Shown here: positions 26,845 through 40,720 of the stretch, piece by piece
How positions within the stretch are numbered: the stretch's first letter is position 1
How the letters are laid out: the number at the start of each line of letters is the position of its first letter
Source of the DNA: the human T2T-CHM13v2.0 reference genome, Homo sapiens
Assembly (NCBI RefSeq): GCF_009914755.1
Contig: NC_060937.1
DNA: 64,000 nt
Reading direction: 5' to 3' (one strand)
Position numbers and translations under genes: made by a program
Notes under the pieces: generated by a model
Told to the model about the DNA's origin: nothing
The model's database searches: none
What the model saw: only the letters and a program-made list of their open reading frames with translations

Positions 26845-27438
26845 TTGTAGTTTACATATCCCAACCTTTAAAAATATTCCTCTTATTAGCTTTATATTCA
26901 CTTTATAGAAGTTGAGTTTTAATTAAAATTCTTGGCATCCTGAAGTATGTCACATAGCATGTGCTCCTTATAAATATGTTGATATCTCAGAAGACAGCAT
27001 CCCGGTTTTCATTTTATAAAGTACCATACTTAAGAATGCTGTAATACTTATCTTTTATAACATGTTTCCTTCGCTTTGCTTGTCTTTTATGTCATCAGTT
27101 TTAACTGTTTACTTCATTTAACAGTTTACATCATTCAACAGTTTACTTCATTAAACAGTAGGTGGAAAAATAGATGCCAGTCTATGAAAATCTTCCCATC
27201 TATATCAAAATACTTTTCAAGGATATACTTTTCAAAACAAACGATTTAAATTTTATGTTTAAAATATAAACTTTAGATTTAAACTTTATTTAAATATCTG
27301 GTTCCTATGATTTTGACTTCAGTAAGTTCAAATAAAATATATTTTGCAATTCATTTTTACATTATAATTTAAAAAGAAGAAGCGATAAGTGGAGTCAGTT
27401 TCAATGCTAGGTGGGGTGGTTAATGATTTTTCTGGTGT

Positions 27439-27446
27439 TGCTGCTA
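27439..27446 (+). promoter_or_regulatory. miR-15/16 family 8mer site (distal; lost in BAFF-var short transcripts)
   Basis: TGCTGCTA just upstream of the distal poly(A) signal. Confidence 0.7.
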
Positions 27447-27459
27447 ATGTGGATTAACA

Positions 27460-27465
27460 AATAAA
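27460..27465 (+). terminator. Distal polyadenylation signal AATAAA (another AATAAA at 27331-27336)
   Basis: Canonical hexamer about 20 nt upstream of a CA and a GU-rich tract. Confidence 0.75.
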
Positions 27466-28019
27466 AACATTCATTGCCTTTTGCCTCATTGTCTGACTGA
27501 GTTTGTCTAGCAACACCCACCTTTTGAATTCTCGCTGTATAATTAAATGTTATTTTTAAAATCAGGTGAAACATGATAAATTAATTTGTGTTAGGATATG
27601 ATAGTTTGGAAATGTGAGTATGTTCCATATCTGAAAAAGAATCTGTTCACATCTGTATCTGTCTAACTACCTAATTTTAAACTTTTTAGAACCGACATCA
27701 ATTATGTTATTACCTTTAGAGTTGAATTTATCCAACAGTACAGTATATTTTGTGAGATTTTTAGTACAATATTAAGTATATATTATTGGTATAATATCAA
27801 GTATTTATATATTACTTATAATATTAAGTAGATGTATAACTGAGAAAAGCTAATAGCAGGCCAAGCATTCTTCTCCTAAGGAGCTGACTATGAGGTGGTG
27901 AAATTCCACCAGGACAAGCATCTTGTAGGGATCACGAAAGGCATCATTGAGGGCAATCTTGTTGGCAGCAACCTCATTACATCTTGGGCCCGACCCCCAC
28001 TCTGCTGTAATTAGAAGGT

Positions 28020-28379
28020 TGTATTAGTCTGTTTTCACACTGCTGATAAAGGCTTACTCAAGATTGGGTAATTTATAGAGAAAAAAGGTTTAATGGACTC
28101 ACAGATCCACATAGCTGGGGAGGCCTCATAATCACAGTAGAAGGCAAAAGGCACATCTTACATGGTGGCAGGCAAAGAGTGAATGAGAGCCAAGTGGAGG
28201 AGGAAACCCCTTATAAAACCATCAGATCTCATGAGACTTATCACTACCACAGGACAATATGGGGGAAACGGTCCCCATGATTCAATTATCTCCCACCAGG
28301 TCCCTCCCACAACACATGGGAATTATGGGAGCTACAATTCAAGATGGGATTTGGGTGGGGACACAGCCAAACCACATCA
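28020..28379 (-). mobile_element. THE1B-like solo LTR, antisense to TNFSF13B
   Basis: tgtattagtc...aaaccacatca; 5-bp target-site duplication AAGGT at 28015-28019 and 28380-28384. Confidence 0.92.
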
Positions 28380-28689
28380 AAGGTGCAGTGGAGAATTCAT
28401 AATCCTCACCATTTGAGGTTTGATGATGGTGATGAAGACAACAGGTGGGATTATAGATATAAGAGAAGGGAGGAAATTCTTTACCGTTGAGTTAATCACT
28501 TTACATGTTTTTAAAACTTTTTGACTTTTTGTTTTGAAGTAATTTCAGACTTTTAAAAATATGGGAAAGAAAAGTGTAATGAAACCCCTTATATTCTTCA
28601 CTTATATTCCTAGTGTTAACATCTTACAGCACAAGGGTAAAAGTCAAGACACTAACATTAATACAGCAACTAATGCACAGACCCTTTGA

Positions 28690-30070
28690 AGACTGACCAC
28701 ATGCTAAGTTATAAAGCAAGATTCAGCACATTTTAAATAGTTGGCTTTATAACAATTACAGTTCCTCTACAGCATCATTAGTAAAAGAAATTGGTGATTA
28801 AAAAGTAAGGAAAATATGCACGTGGAAATTAAAGTGGAGAGAAATTACTTCTAAATAATTTATGGCTTAAACAGAAAGCATATGGAAATTAGAAAATGTT
28901 TACAACTAGATGACAAAATACTTCACAAGAAACCCTGGGGTGTAGGAAAATCAGTGCATACATAGAGTTTATAAACTTAAATGCTTATATTATATAAGAA
29001 AAATGACTGAAAGTTATGAACTAAGCACCAACAGCAAGAAAAAAACAAAAGCAAGACAAAACAAAAGCAAGGTAAAAACAAAATAAACAAAAAAACCTAA
29101 GCCAAAGGAATAGAAGAAAGCAATTAAGGATAAGAGCAGAAATTCAGAAACTGGAAAAGGCAGGTAATTAAAAAGGTCAATAAGACCAAAAAATTTATAT
29201 AGAGGTAAATAAATATAAATATAGACATAAACAAACGTAATGATACTTTTATCATAAAAATAAAGTATTTTTATTTTATCATATTTAAACCTCAAAGTTT
29301 CTTGTGAAATATTTCATTATCAATATTTTCAAACAAAAATACAGCAAGCCAGCATAAACAATATTAGAATTGAATATGGGGAGAAAAGTATAGATGCCAA
29401 AGAGAAAAATGAAAAAAAAAACGTTTTGTCAAAAAACTTCAGCAAATTAGATGAGAGACAAATTCCTAGATAAATATAAATTGACAAAACTGATCAGTAT
29501 AAAAGAGACAAAAATGAATCCGTTAGAGACGTTGAAGTAGTTTACAATTTACACATACAAAAATGGTCAGGCCAAGATGGGAAAATTTTCTCAAATATTC
29601 AAGGGGTAGACTACTTCTATATTATGTAAATTATTTTAGAGAACAAGAAAAAGAGAATACTCCCAAGTTCAACTTGTATTTTCCTCTATAATCTTGATAC
29701 CAAAACATTCTGAAGGCAGAATTACAAGTAAAAATTACAAGCCAATCTTACTCATAAATATGTCTTAAAACATTAGCGAATTGAACTCAGCAGTGTATTT
29801 AAAAAGAGCATGCATAATAACCATGTTAGATTTGATCCATATGCGAAAATTTATATTAATAACAGATGTAAGTGATTATAACAAAATATTAAAGGAGAAT
29901 ATCATATGATCACCTCAGTAAATCCAAGAAAGAAAGAACAATTCAATATTTATCTATGGTAAACACTTTTAGCAAAGTGAGAATAAAGAAAACTTTAAAA
30001 ATCTTGTGAACTTGGCAACCAGAACAAGATAATTATCCCTGGATTATTATTACCACTTCTATATTATACT
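28690..30070 (+). mobile_element. Highly decayed L1M ORF2 fragment
   Basis: A-rich; remnants such as cttgataccaaaac, aaattacaagccaatcttactcataaat, catatgatcacctcagta. Confidence 0.7.
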
Positions 30071-30616
30071 GAAGGGTCTAGACATTTTAACATTTATTCA
30101 AATAATATTTATTGAATGTCTAATATTTACGAGGCAATATTCCTGGTAATTATTTAGTGGGAAGGGGGCAAAAAAAAAAAAAAAACAAGCAGAACATATG
30201 GTTTGCTAGATGGTAACAAATACTATGGAGTCCAATCAAGTAGCAGACATAAGGCATTACTGGAAGAAGATGTGGTGCATACTTTAATAACAATCACGAA
30301 TATTTATTAGGTATTTATATTGTGTGAGAGACTCTTCTAGGTGTTAATTTATTTCAATTTTCCAGCAACTCCAAAATATCAAGCCACTATTAATTTCCTT
30401 ATTTCATAGATGAGAGTTATTTCATAAACTCAGTTTATTTCATAGACTTATTTCATAAACTCAGAGTCTACATAAATTGGCTGTTTGCTGTAAATGGCAA
30501 GGCAAGATGTGAACTCAGGTCCTTTATTTGTAAGTCCTTCAACCTCAGCACTATGTCATACAGCCTTCAGTCAGGGAAGGCCTCACTGAAGAAGGGCATG
30601 GAGAGGGTAATGTAAG

Positions 30617-30976
30617 TGATATGGTTTTGCTGTGTCCCCACCCAAATCTCATCTTGAATTCCCATGTGTTGTGGTAGATAATTGAATGAGAGACAATTGA
30701 ATCATGGAGGTGGGTCTTTCCCATGCTGTTCTTGTGATAGTGAATTAGTCTCTCGAGACCTGATTATTTTAAAAAGAGGAGTTCCTCTGCACACACTCTC
30801 TCTCTCTTTGCCTGCTGCCATCCATGTAAGACGTAACTTGCTCCTCTTTGCCTTCTGCCATGATTGTGAGGCTTCCTCAGCCATGTGGAACTGTAAGTCT
30901 AATTAAAACCCTTTCTTTTGTAAATTGCCCAGTCTTGCGTATGTCTTTATCAGCAGCATGAAAACGGACTAATACA
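30617..30976 (+). mobile_element. THE1-family solo LTR
   Basis: tgatatggttttgctgtgtcccc...ggactaataca; target-site duplication GTAAG; inserted in L2-like sequence. Confidence 0.92.
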
Positions 30977-31577
30977 GTAAGATTTATGGGGAAGAGTATT
31001 TGAGAGAGAGGAAATGGAAAGCAAAATCCCTTCAGTGTGTTTGTGGAGCACAGTGGTCCCAGGATGCCTGGACAGCAGTGATCCATGGAGAAAGTAGAAG
31101 ATGAAGCTAGAGAGTTAAGGAGGGGAGGGCACTGAGCCTGCAAGAACTTGCTGTGCATTGGGAGGGAATTGCTTTTAGTCTGAGTGAGAAAAGAAACCCT
31201 AGAAATTTCTGAGCAGAGAAGTGATGTGATCTGACTTACTTGTAAAAGAACCACTTTGGATTCTGTACTGTTTAGTCTACACGGGAGAATGGGTGAAAGC
31301 AGGAGACTAACAGGGGTCTGTAGCCATAATCCAGGCAAGGAATCATGGTAGCTTTGACTAGAGTGGCCGAATTGTGTGTTCTGTGTTGAATGAAATATTC
31401 AAGGATAATATCACATGATCACTTCAGCAGATCCAGGAGGCAAAAAGTACAATTTAATATTTACTTACGGTAAACACTTTCAACAAAGCGGGAATGAATA
31501 AAACTTTTTAAATCTAATAAAATTTGCAACCAGGAAAAGATAATTATCACTGGATGATTATTACCACTTCTACATTT

Positions 31578-32014
31578 TCCCCAAATATTTGCTCAAGTCC
31601 CAACTCCTGGTACCTGTAAAGGTGACCTTATTTGGAAATAAGGCCTTTGCAGATGTAGTTAAGATGTAACTTAAGTGAAGTCATACTGGAGTAGGGTGGG
31701 CCCCTAAATCTAATGTCTGTTGTTTTCATAACAGGAGGAGAAGAAACAGAGACATGCACACAGGGAGAAGGCCATGTGAGTATTAAGGCAGAGATGAGAG
31801 AGGTGCTTTTACCAGCCAAGAAACACCAAGGATTGCTGGCAACAACCAAATGCTAAAAGAGGCAAGGAAAGATTCTCACCTAGATCTTTCTGAGTAAGCA
31901 AAGACCTCCCGATACCTTGGCCTCAGACTTCTACCTTCCAGAACAGTGAGAAGTACTTGTTTTCAACCACCCAGTTTGTGACACTTTGTTATGGCAGGTC
32001 TAATAATCGAACAC
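31578..32014 (+). mobile_element. MLT1C-like LTR
   Basis: gtgaccttatttggaaataaggcctttgcagatgtagttaag...ccacccagtttgtgacactttgttatggcag. Confidence 0.8.
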
Positions 32015-32643
32015 AGATGTTGACACTGAGAATATTGAAAAAGGTCATATTCTGTATATCTTTAAAAGTGTAACCCACAATATTTGTTTATTCTCTAAAC
32101 ATGGGAGCGGGAAGATAAAAAGAGAGGCATGAAGGATCACTCCCAAGTTTTAGCCAGAGCAACATGAATGATGATGAATATCCCCTAACAGGATGAGGAA
32201 GACTAGAAGAAGCAGCTTCAGAGTGGGCAGGAAGGGAGTTCAATTTTGAACATATTAAATTCTAGTTGAAAGGTGAACACCGAAACGGAGATGCTGTCTA
32301 CGAAGTTAGGACTAGAAACCCTGTATGAGATCACCAGGGGTATAAGACCAAAGAGCAGAGAAGACAGTGAAAGAATGGATTCTGAATGTCAACATTCAGG
32401 AGTCCATGAGATGAGGAGGAACAAGCAAGGAAGACTAAAAAGAAATTACAATTAAGAGAGTAAAAACCAGGAGGCCTGAAGCCAAGTCAAAAGAAAAAAT
32501 CATAAGGGAAGTTTCATTCAGCCTGTTAGTGCTGTTAAATTGCACGAAAGAGGGCGAGGAGGGCATGGTCAGGGAGCAGACTGCAATTGGCATGAGGCCA
32601 GGAAACACCCAGATGGGAAAGTGGCCTATATACAAATACTTGA

Positions 32644-33017
32644 TTATATGATTTGGCTGTGTCCCCACCCAAATCTCATCCTGAACTGTAGTTCCCACAA
32701 TCCTCATGTGTCCTGGGAAAGACTTGGTGGGAGATACTTGAATCATGGGGCTGGTTATCCTCATGCTGTTCTCGTGATAGTGAGTGAGTTCTCACGAGAT
32801 CTGTTGGTTTTTAAAGGGGCTTCCCTCTTTTGCTTGGCACTTCTCCTTGCTGGTGCCATGTGAAGAAGGACGTATTTTCTTCCCCTTCCACCATGATTAT
32901 AAGTTTCCTGAGGCCTTCTCAGCCATGCTGAATGCTGAATCCATTAAACCTCTTTCCTTTATAAATTACCCAGTCTCGGGTGCGTCTTTATTGGCAGCTT
33001 GAGAACAGACTAATACA
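32644..33017 (+). mobile_element. THE1D-like solo LTR
   Basis: tttggctgtgtccccacccaaatctcatc...cagactaataca; target-site duplication CTTGA. Confidence 0.9.
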
Positions 33018-34243
33018 CTTGAGGATGAGGGTGCAACCTCATTAGAGACCTGCCTTACACTAGGGCCACAGAGATAAGTTGTGAGAGGTGGTCAGGTTCT
33101 GTATGCATTTTGAAGGTAAAAGAATCTATCTTCTAACATGAGGTGTGAGATTCACTCTCAAGTTTTTGGACTCATCAACTGAAAAGGCATTATTCACTGA
33201 GTTGGGGAAGGTAAGAATTGGAGAAGAAAAAAACATAGATTGTTCTAGCAGGTTTAATTTGGAGATGCCTGTTAGCCATCTGTTGGGCAAACAGTATTTG
33301 GCCATGGATACTGGGATTGTTTCTTTTTTCCTTTTACAATCAATACTCCTATACGCATTCTTGTACTTGTCTCCTCGTGTGAATATTTAATTCATTCCAG
33401 TTCTCATAACTCCTGGGAACATGGTAGAATGGCACAGCCTTGTCACTGAATGGGGCCATGTGACTATTTCTGACTAACCCGTTGTGAATTGAGCCCTATA
33501 GAATACTTCTTTCTCTCTGATCCATGATCAAAAAATTTCAAAACAGCGTATGTTGTTCCATCAGCCTAGATCCCTCAGAAACTATATTGAGCAGAGAACT
33601 CCCTCACCCGGCCACTTGCTCTGTGAGATTCATGATGGAAAGGCAATGTGAACAACAAATAAATTTCTATTGTCCAAAGTCACTGATATTATAGGCATGT
33701 TTGTTTCTGCAGTGTAATTGAGCCCATCTTGACTGATACTTTCCAGAATTAATTTTATCGTGCCATCTCATTCAACCTCCTACGACTCCCATAAAAAAAA
33801 ACGCAGCCAGGGCATAGAGCCCATGTATTAATTTCCCCTTAGATAGCCCATTGCCATGCTCTTCTTTGACAACCTTGACATTATCTTCCATATCAGATAC
33901 TGCTGATCTGAGCTTTGTTCTCAGTGCCCTTGGGCACTGTGTTCTCCTGGTCAGACTATACCCCTCCTCCTCAGGGACAGCTTTATCTGCCCATGCCCTG
34001 CTGCCTGAATGAACCAAATTACAGAGAAACTCATCCTGTCTTAGGTGTAATAATTCCCTGACTTCCACTGTAGCCACACACATACAAACAAAATGTACAA
34101 TTAGAAAGGAATGTTTGAAGAAACAGCTGGCTTCTTGGCATGCCACCTGTGCCCAAGGACCCACACTCAGAAAGCCTCTGTGCTTACTTTAATGCTCCAC
34201 TGTTGCCATCTTGGAAATCTTAATCATTTTTGAGCAAGGGTGC

Positions 34244-34601
34244 TGATATGGTTTGACTGTGTCCCCACCCAAATTTCATCTTGAAATGTAACTTCCACAA
34301 TTCCCACATTTTGTGGGAGGAACCCAGGGGGAGGTGATTGAATTATGGTGGCAGGTCTCTCCTGGGCTGTTCTCCTGATAGTGAATGAATCTCATGAGAT
34401 CTGGTGGTTTTAAAAAGGGAAGTTTCCCCGCATGAGCTCTATTCTCTTATCTGCCGCATGTGAGACATGCCTTTCACCTTCTGTCATGATTGTGAGGCCT
34501 CCCCAGCCATGCGGAACTGTGAGTGTATTAAACTTCTTTCTTTTGTAAATTGCCCAGTCTCGGGTATGTCTTCATCAGAAGTGTGAAAACAGACTAATAC
34601 G
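34244..34601 (+). mobile_element. THE1B-like solo LTR nested in a MER91-like hAT remnant (~34125-34655)
   Basis: tgatatggtttgactgtgtccccaccc...cagactaatac. Confidence 0.88.
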
Positions 34602-37244
34602 GGCACCTACACTTTTATTTAGTGCTGGGCCCTGAAAATTAGGTAGCAGTTCTATTAGAAGATATTAGAGAGAAGGAGTAGAGGATAAGTTAAGAGCCTC
34701 ATGTCTTGTGCCAAAAGTCTAGCATTCAAATCCTAATTTGCTTCCTAATTTTATAACATTAGTAACACTGAATTTGTGAAAAAAATGCACATGTAAAAAC
34801 ACTCAGAATAGTACCTTGCATATTATATGTGCTAAATACTTTTGCTTAAAAGATACACATGCCTATACCCACATACACAGACATAACAGGAGGAATTTGA
34901 ATTTGAATTCAAAAGAAGGAAAGAGAAGTGTACTGTCTGGTTTCATTTTAGCAATGAAAACCAATGTGGAAGCTAAATTGGCCGGAAACTGAGGAATATC
35001 TGGTTTTGTTATCTTGTATTGTTGTTTTGTTTTAAGATATCTTGGGTAGACAGGGAAAAAAATGAGAGAGAGAGAGAGAGAAGGCAGAGCAGCACCCTGG
35101 AATTTAGAACACCGCTCTGCTCCATCCATCAGGTCATAGAATGACACCCAGCAGTGCGAATGAGAAACAAAACAGCTCTGACTATATCCCACCCCAGAGG
35201 CTACATATTTCCAAGATGTAGACAACTGGGGCAAAGACTTCAGCATGAGAGCAGAAGGCTGCCCTAAATTTAACCTTGCAGGAGTGAAAGGGAGCCAGGA
35301 TTCAGGAATCGGGTGGCAGCAGCAAGAAAACAGAATAAAAGGGAGATGGATGAGGAAGAAAATGTGCAGGAGGAAGATCATTTCTGGGGCCTGGGCGTGA
35401 CCATATGGGACCACCCTGGAGGTGTTAGCTGGGGACGAGTAGGGAAGACAGGGCTGTTTGGTCTTCACCCCTCAGGACACTCACACCCCCACCCCACAGC
35501 CTCCCTTTACAATGATAAGAAGCTGGTGAACCCTCACAGGGGTTTTTCCAAGGGAGGGAGTATATGGTGGAGGCTCCCGCTTGCCCATGGAACAGGAGAC
35601 ACTGTATGGAAAGCACCACATAAGGAAGGATGGTGTAGAGAGTTTGTGAGAATAAAAACACAGCCACGATTGTATTTGCATTTCAGATAAGACTATTGCA
35701 TAATACATGGCAATCTGACTGTCTTGGAAATTAAGACAAATTGTTTTAATTTTTTCTCAAGCATAAGCCCCAGAATTGACAATGCTTCTAGATAAGAGTC
35801 CAAAAATCACAGCGAAAGTGAATAAGATGTTTCTAAAATAACAAACCGCCTAATGAGGAATCCCCTCTACCCCTCTGGAATGTCATCACCCAGTTTCAGA
35901 GTGGACATCGCCAGAGGTGACAACTTATCATTGTATTTAAAATCTGTGTCTCATGTACATAACTAAGATGTGGTTTGTACACTCAAAGCCCCATCTCACC
36001 ACGTTCTAGGAAAGGAAAGCTAGTTCAAAGTAAGTTCCATTTAACCTACATTATCTGAGTGGATACAAGACAAAGAGGTAAGTTCCAACCACTCATGAGT
36101 TTGAGAGGCTGTAGTCATTTTCATTTATGACACTGACTAATTGGAATTGTAGTGATTGCTTGAGTGTTAACTCCAGGACGGTACTTGATAGCTCACCTCT
36201 GCAAAAGTGTGGTGAAAGGGACCCTACATTTCTCAAGATGAATTACACTTGGTGACTTTTCTGCAGGAAGAGGGGCCAACAAACACTGCTGATTACCTGC
36301 TCCATTGCCAACACATTCTATTTCAATAACCACAGTTGGTGCAGTGATAAACAAAAGAAGGCTCTTGCCTTCAAAAAGTTGCATCACGCATTTGTTAAGC
36401 CATGTTTGCAAGCCATCTTAGATAATCTCATGCCCATTACTAAATGCCTCAGCAAATGCCACCACTTGTGTTTCCAAAGTAGACTCTTCTTGTTATTTTT
36501 ACAAATTAAAGAATTAGAAAAACAATACAGGCATAAGGACTTTACATATGGATAGTTTATGGTAATTTTGTCCACATATTATAACTACAAATTAAGGCAA
36601 TATGTAGTAAATAATTCTTTATAGATAGGCAGTAAATTTTAGTTTATAAGAAGACAATGAGCAGAGTGGTTTATTGATTACATCGATGGAAAAGAGGTTG
36701 CATGTTTGAGATCAGGGTCCCAGGCTTTCTGTTAAATAGTCTTTTTTAAAAAAAAATTATAAGTTTTCATCAAATCAGTGACAAATTCTGCAATATTTAA
36801 ATAATTTAATGAATGGCAGAATAATCTATTTTTCAGAAGTTTTTTTTTACATCAACTTTTAAACTATTTATGACACTTCTGTTGAATATATTGCAGATAA
36901 TGGTTATCTGTTTTTTTCTTTCCAACTTTTAGGTTCAGTGGCTGCATATGCAGGTTTATTGCATGGGGAAATTTCATGTCGCACAGGTTTGGGGTATGGA
37001 TTATTTCATCACCCAGGTAATGAGCATAGCACCCAATAGGTATTTTTTCAATCCTTACCCTCTTCCCTACATCCACGCTCAAGTAAGCCCTAATGTCTAT
37101 TGTTCCCTTCTTTGTGTCCACGTGTACTCAATGTTTAGCTCCCACAAATAAGCGAGAACATGTAATATATAGTTTTTTGTTCTTGCATTAGTTTGCTTAG
37201 GATAATGGCCTCCAGCTTCATCTATGTTGTTGCAAAGGACATGA

Positions 37245-37614
<370 letters not shown>

Positions 37615-37955
37615 CCCCATATTTTCTTTATTTAACCTACTGTGGATGGTCATCTAGGTTGATTTCATGTCTTTGCTATTGTGAATAGTGCTGTAATGAA
37701 CATATGTATGCATGTGTCTTTATGGTAGAATGATTTATATTCCTTTGGGTGTATATCTAGTGATGGAATTGCTGGGTGGAATGGTAGTTCTGTGTTAAGT
37801 TCTTTGAGAAATCTCCAAACTGCTTTACACAGTAGCTGAATTAATTTACATTCTTACTAGCAGTGTATAAGCATCCCTTTTCTCCTCAATCTCACCAGCA
37901 TCTATTGTTTTTTGACTTTTTAGTAATAGCCTTTCTGACTGGTATGAGATGGTAT

Positions 37956-38097
37956 TGCAGCAGGACAAGCCTCAGACAAAACCCCTCAGACACCAAGTTA
38001 AAGAAGGAAGGGCTTTATTCAGCCGGGAACTTCGGCAAAACTCACGTCTCCAACAACTGAGCTCCCCGAGTGAGCAATTCCTGTCTCTTTTAAGGGC
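37956..38097 (-). mobile_element. Truncated ERV1-class LTR end
   Basis: tgcagcaggacaagcctcagacaaaacccctcagacaccaagttaaagaaggaagggctttatt, the reverse of an ERV1 LTR 3' terminus with its poly(A) signal. Confidence 0.7.
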
Positions 38098-39285
38098 ATC
38101 TGTTATTTCTTGACTTTTTAATGTTAGCCATTCTGACTGGTGTGAGATGGTATCCCATTGTCGATTTGATTTGTATTTCTTGATCAGTGATGTCCAACTT
38201 TTTTTCATATGCCTTTTGGCCGCATGTATGTCTTCTTTTGAGAAGTATCTATTTATGTTGCACTGTGGTTTGAAAGTGTGGCCGGTATGATTTGATTTTT
38301 TGTTTTTAATTTGTTGAGGATTGCTTTATGGTAGAGCATGAGGTCAATTTTAGAGTATGTGCCATGTGCAGATAAGAAGAATGTATATTCTGTTTTGTTT
38401 GGTGTAGTGCTCTGTAGATGTCTACTAGGACAATTTGCTCAAATGTTTAGATCCTGAATATTTTTATTAATTTTCTGCCTTGAACATCCACCTAATATTA
38501 TCAGTGGGCTGTTGAAGTTTCCCACTATTATTGTGTGGTTATCTAAGTTTCTTCATAGGTCTCTATGAATTGTTTTGTGAATCTGGGTGCTCCAGTGTTG
38601 GATGCATACATACTTAGGATAGTTAAGTCTTCTTCTTGAATTGAACTCTTTATCATTATGTAATGCCCCTCTTTGTCCTTTCTGATAGTTGTTGGTTTGA
38701 AGCCTTTTTGGTTTGAAATAAGAATAGCAACCCCTGCTCTTTTTTGTTGTTGTTGTTTTCCATTTGGTTGATAGATCTTTCCCCAACCCATACTTTGAGC
38801 CTATGGGTGTCATTGCATGTGGAATGGGCATCTTGAAGACAGCATACAGTTAGGTCTTGCTTCTTTATCCAATTGCCACTCTGTGCCTTTTAAATGAGGT
38901 GTTTAGCATGTTTACATTCACAGTGAATATTGATGTGTGTGCATTTGATCCTGTCACTGTGTTGTCAGCTGGTTGGTATGTAGAATTGATTGTGTAGTTA
39001 CTTTATAGTGTCGATGTACTTAAGTGTGTTTTTATGATGGCTCTGATCAGTCTTTATTTCCATGGTTAGCACTCCTGCAAGGACCACTTGTAAGGCAGGT
39101 CTGGTGGTAACGAATTCCCGTAGCATTTATTTATCTGAAAAGGTAAATAATCATTTAAGGTAGATGAATAGAAGACATGACCAATAGTAGAGAGTAGTAT
39201 ATAAAACCCTGATTAAAAAAAAATGATTTCAAAACCTAGAATCCAGCTTTTTTTTTTTCTAAGTAATTTTTAAAGGTAAATTTGA

Positions 39286-40009
<724 letters not shown>

Positions 40010-40639
40010 AGACTCTTACTTTTTCTGAAATAATATAGCAAGTAAATGTTTTGACTTTGAGCCTAAAGGTTATGCTCAACCTACTGTATTATGTTTCTCC
40101 GTCAATTTCTAGCACTGTATTATTAAGAAGGGAAAATGTTGTTCTCTTATGTTAGAAATAACATTTGAAACTGAAAATAAGACTTTCACTTTAGAATCAA
40201 TTGATATATTGCATTCAGAATGGGTCACAAATGTGGAAGTGTTTTCAGACTCTGGGACGTGTCTATGAGATAATGACCTGACAGTGAAATTACAGAAACT
40301 GTTCAAATAATGAAATGTAAAGACTTAAAAATTTCTCTTCAAAAGGAAGGACATCCCCCTCTCAAATAAAGAATGCAAAAAAAGAGAAAAAAGAAGGAAG
40401 GGAATAGTTTCAATATTTAAAGAGCAGTAACATGAGAAGATGAAATTAGAATCAATTGATAGAATGTACCGATTTTAAGACTTTCTTGAGATACAATACA
40501 CATGCTGTAAAATTTTCCTATTTTAAATGTAAAATTAAATGACTTTAATATGTTTACAAAGTTGTGCAAGAAGTTACAGAATTTAGTTAAAAATATTACG
40601 AACTTGATATTAGAATCCTGGGAAGAGAGGACTTAAAGG

Positions 40640-40720
40640 AATATGCAAAAGAAAGAAAGGAAGGGAGAAAGAGAGAAGGAGAGAGGGAGAGAGGGAGAAA
40701 GAAAGAAAAGAAAAGAAAAG
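40640..40720 (+). repeat. GA-rich simple repeat
   Basis: gaaagaaaggaagggagaaagagag... Confidence 0.8.

Larger units (their letters stand above)
25944..27488 (+). other. TNFSF13B: TNFSF13B long 3'UTR (end approximate)
   Basis: Follows the stop codon; AU-rich; AATAAA at 27460-27465 followed by U/GU-rich sequence. Confidence 0.8.

Noticed and set aside
30617-34601. Paired THE1 LTRs as an intact provirus
   Set aside because: The LTRs have different target-site duplications, and the intervening DNA is L2/MLT1 rather than THE1 internal sequence
34863-35468. 201-aa ORF on the minus strand, the longest in the track
   Set aside because: Non-ATG start, no recognisable domain, runs through a (GA)n repeat, overlapping ORFs in other frames; most likely chance
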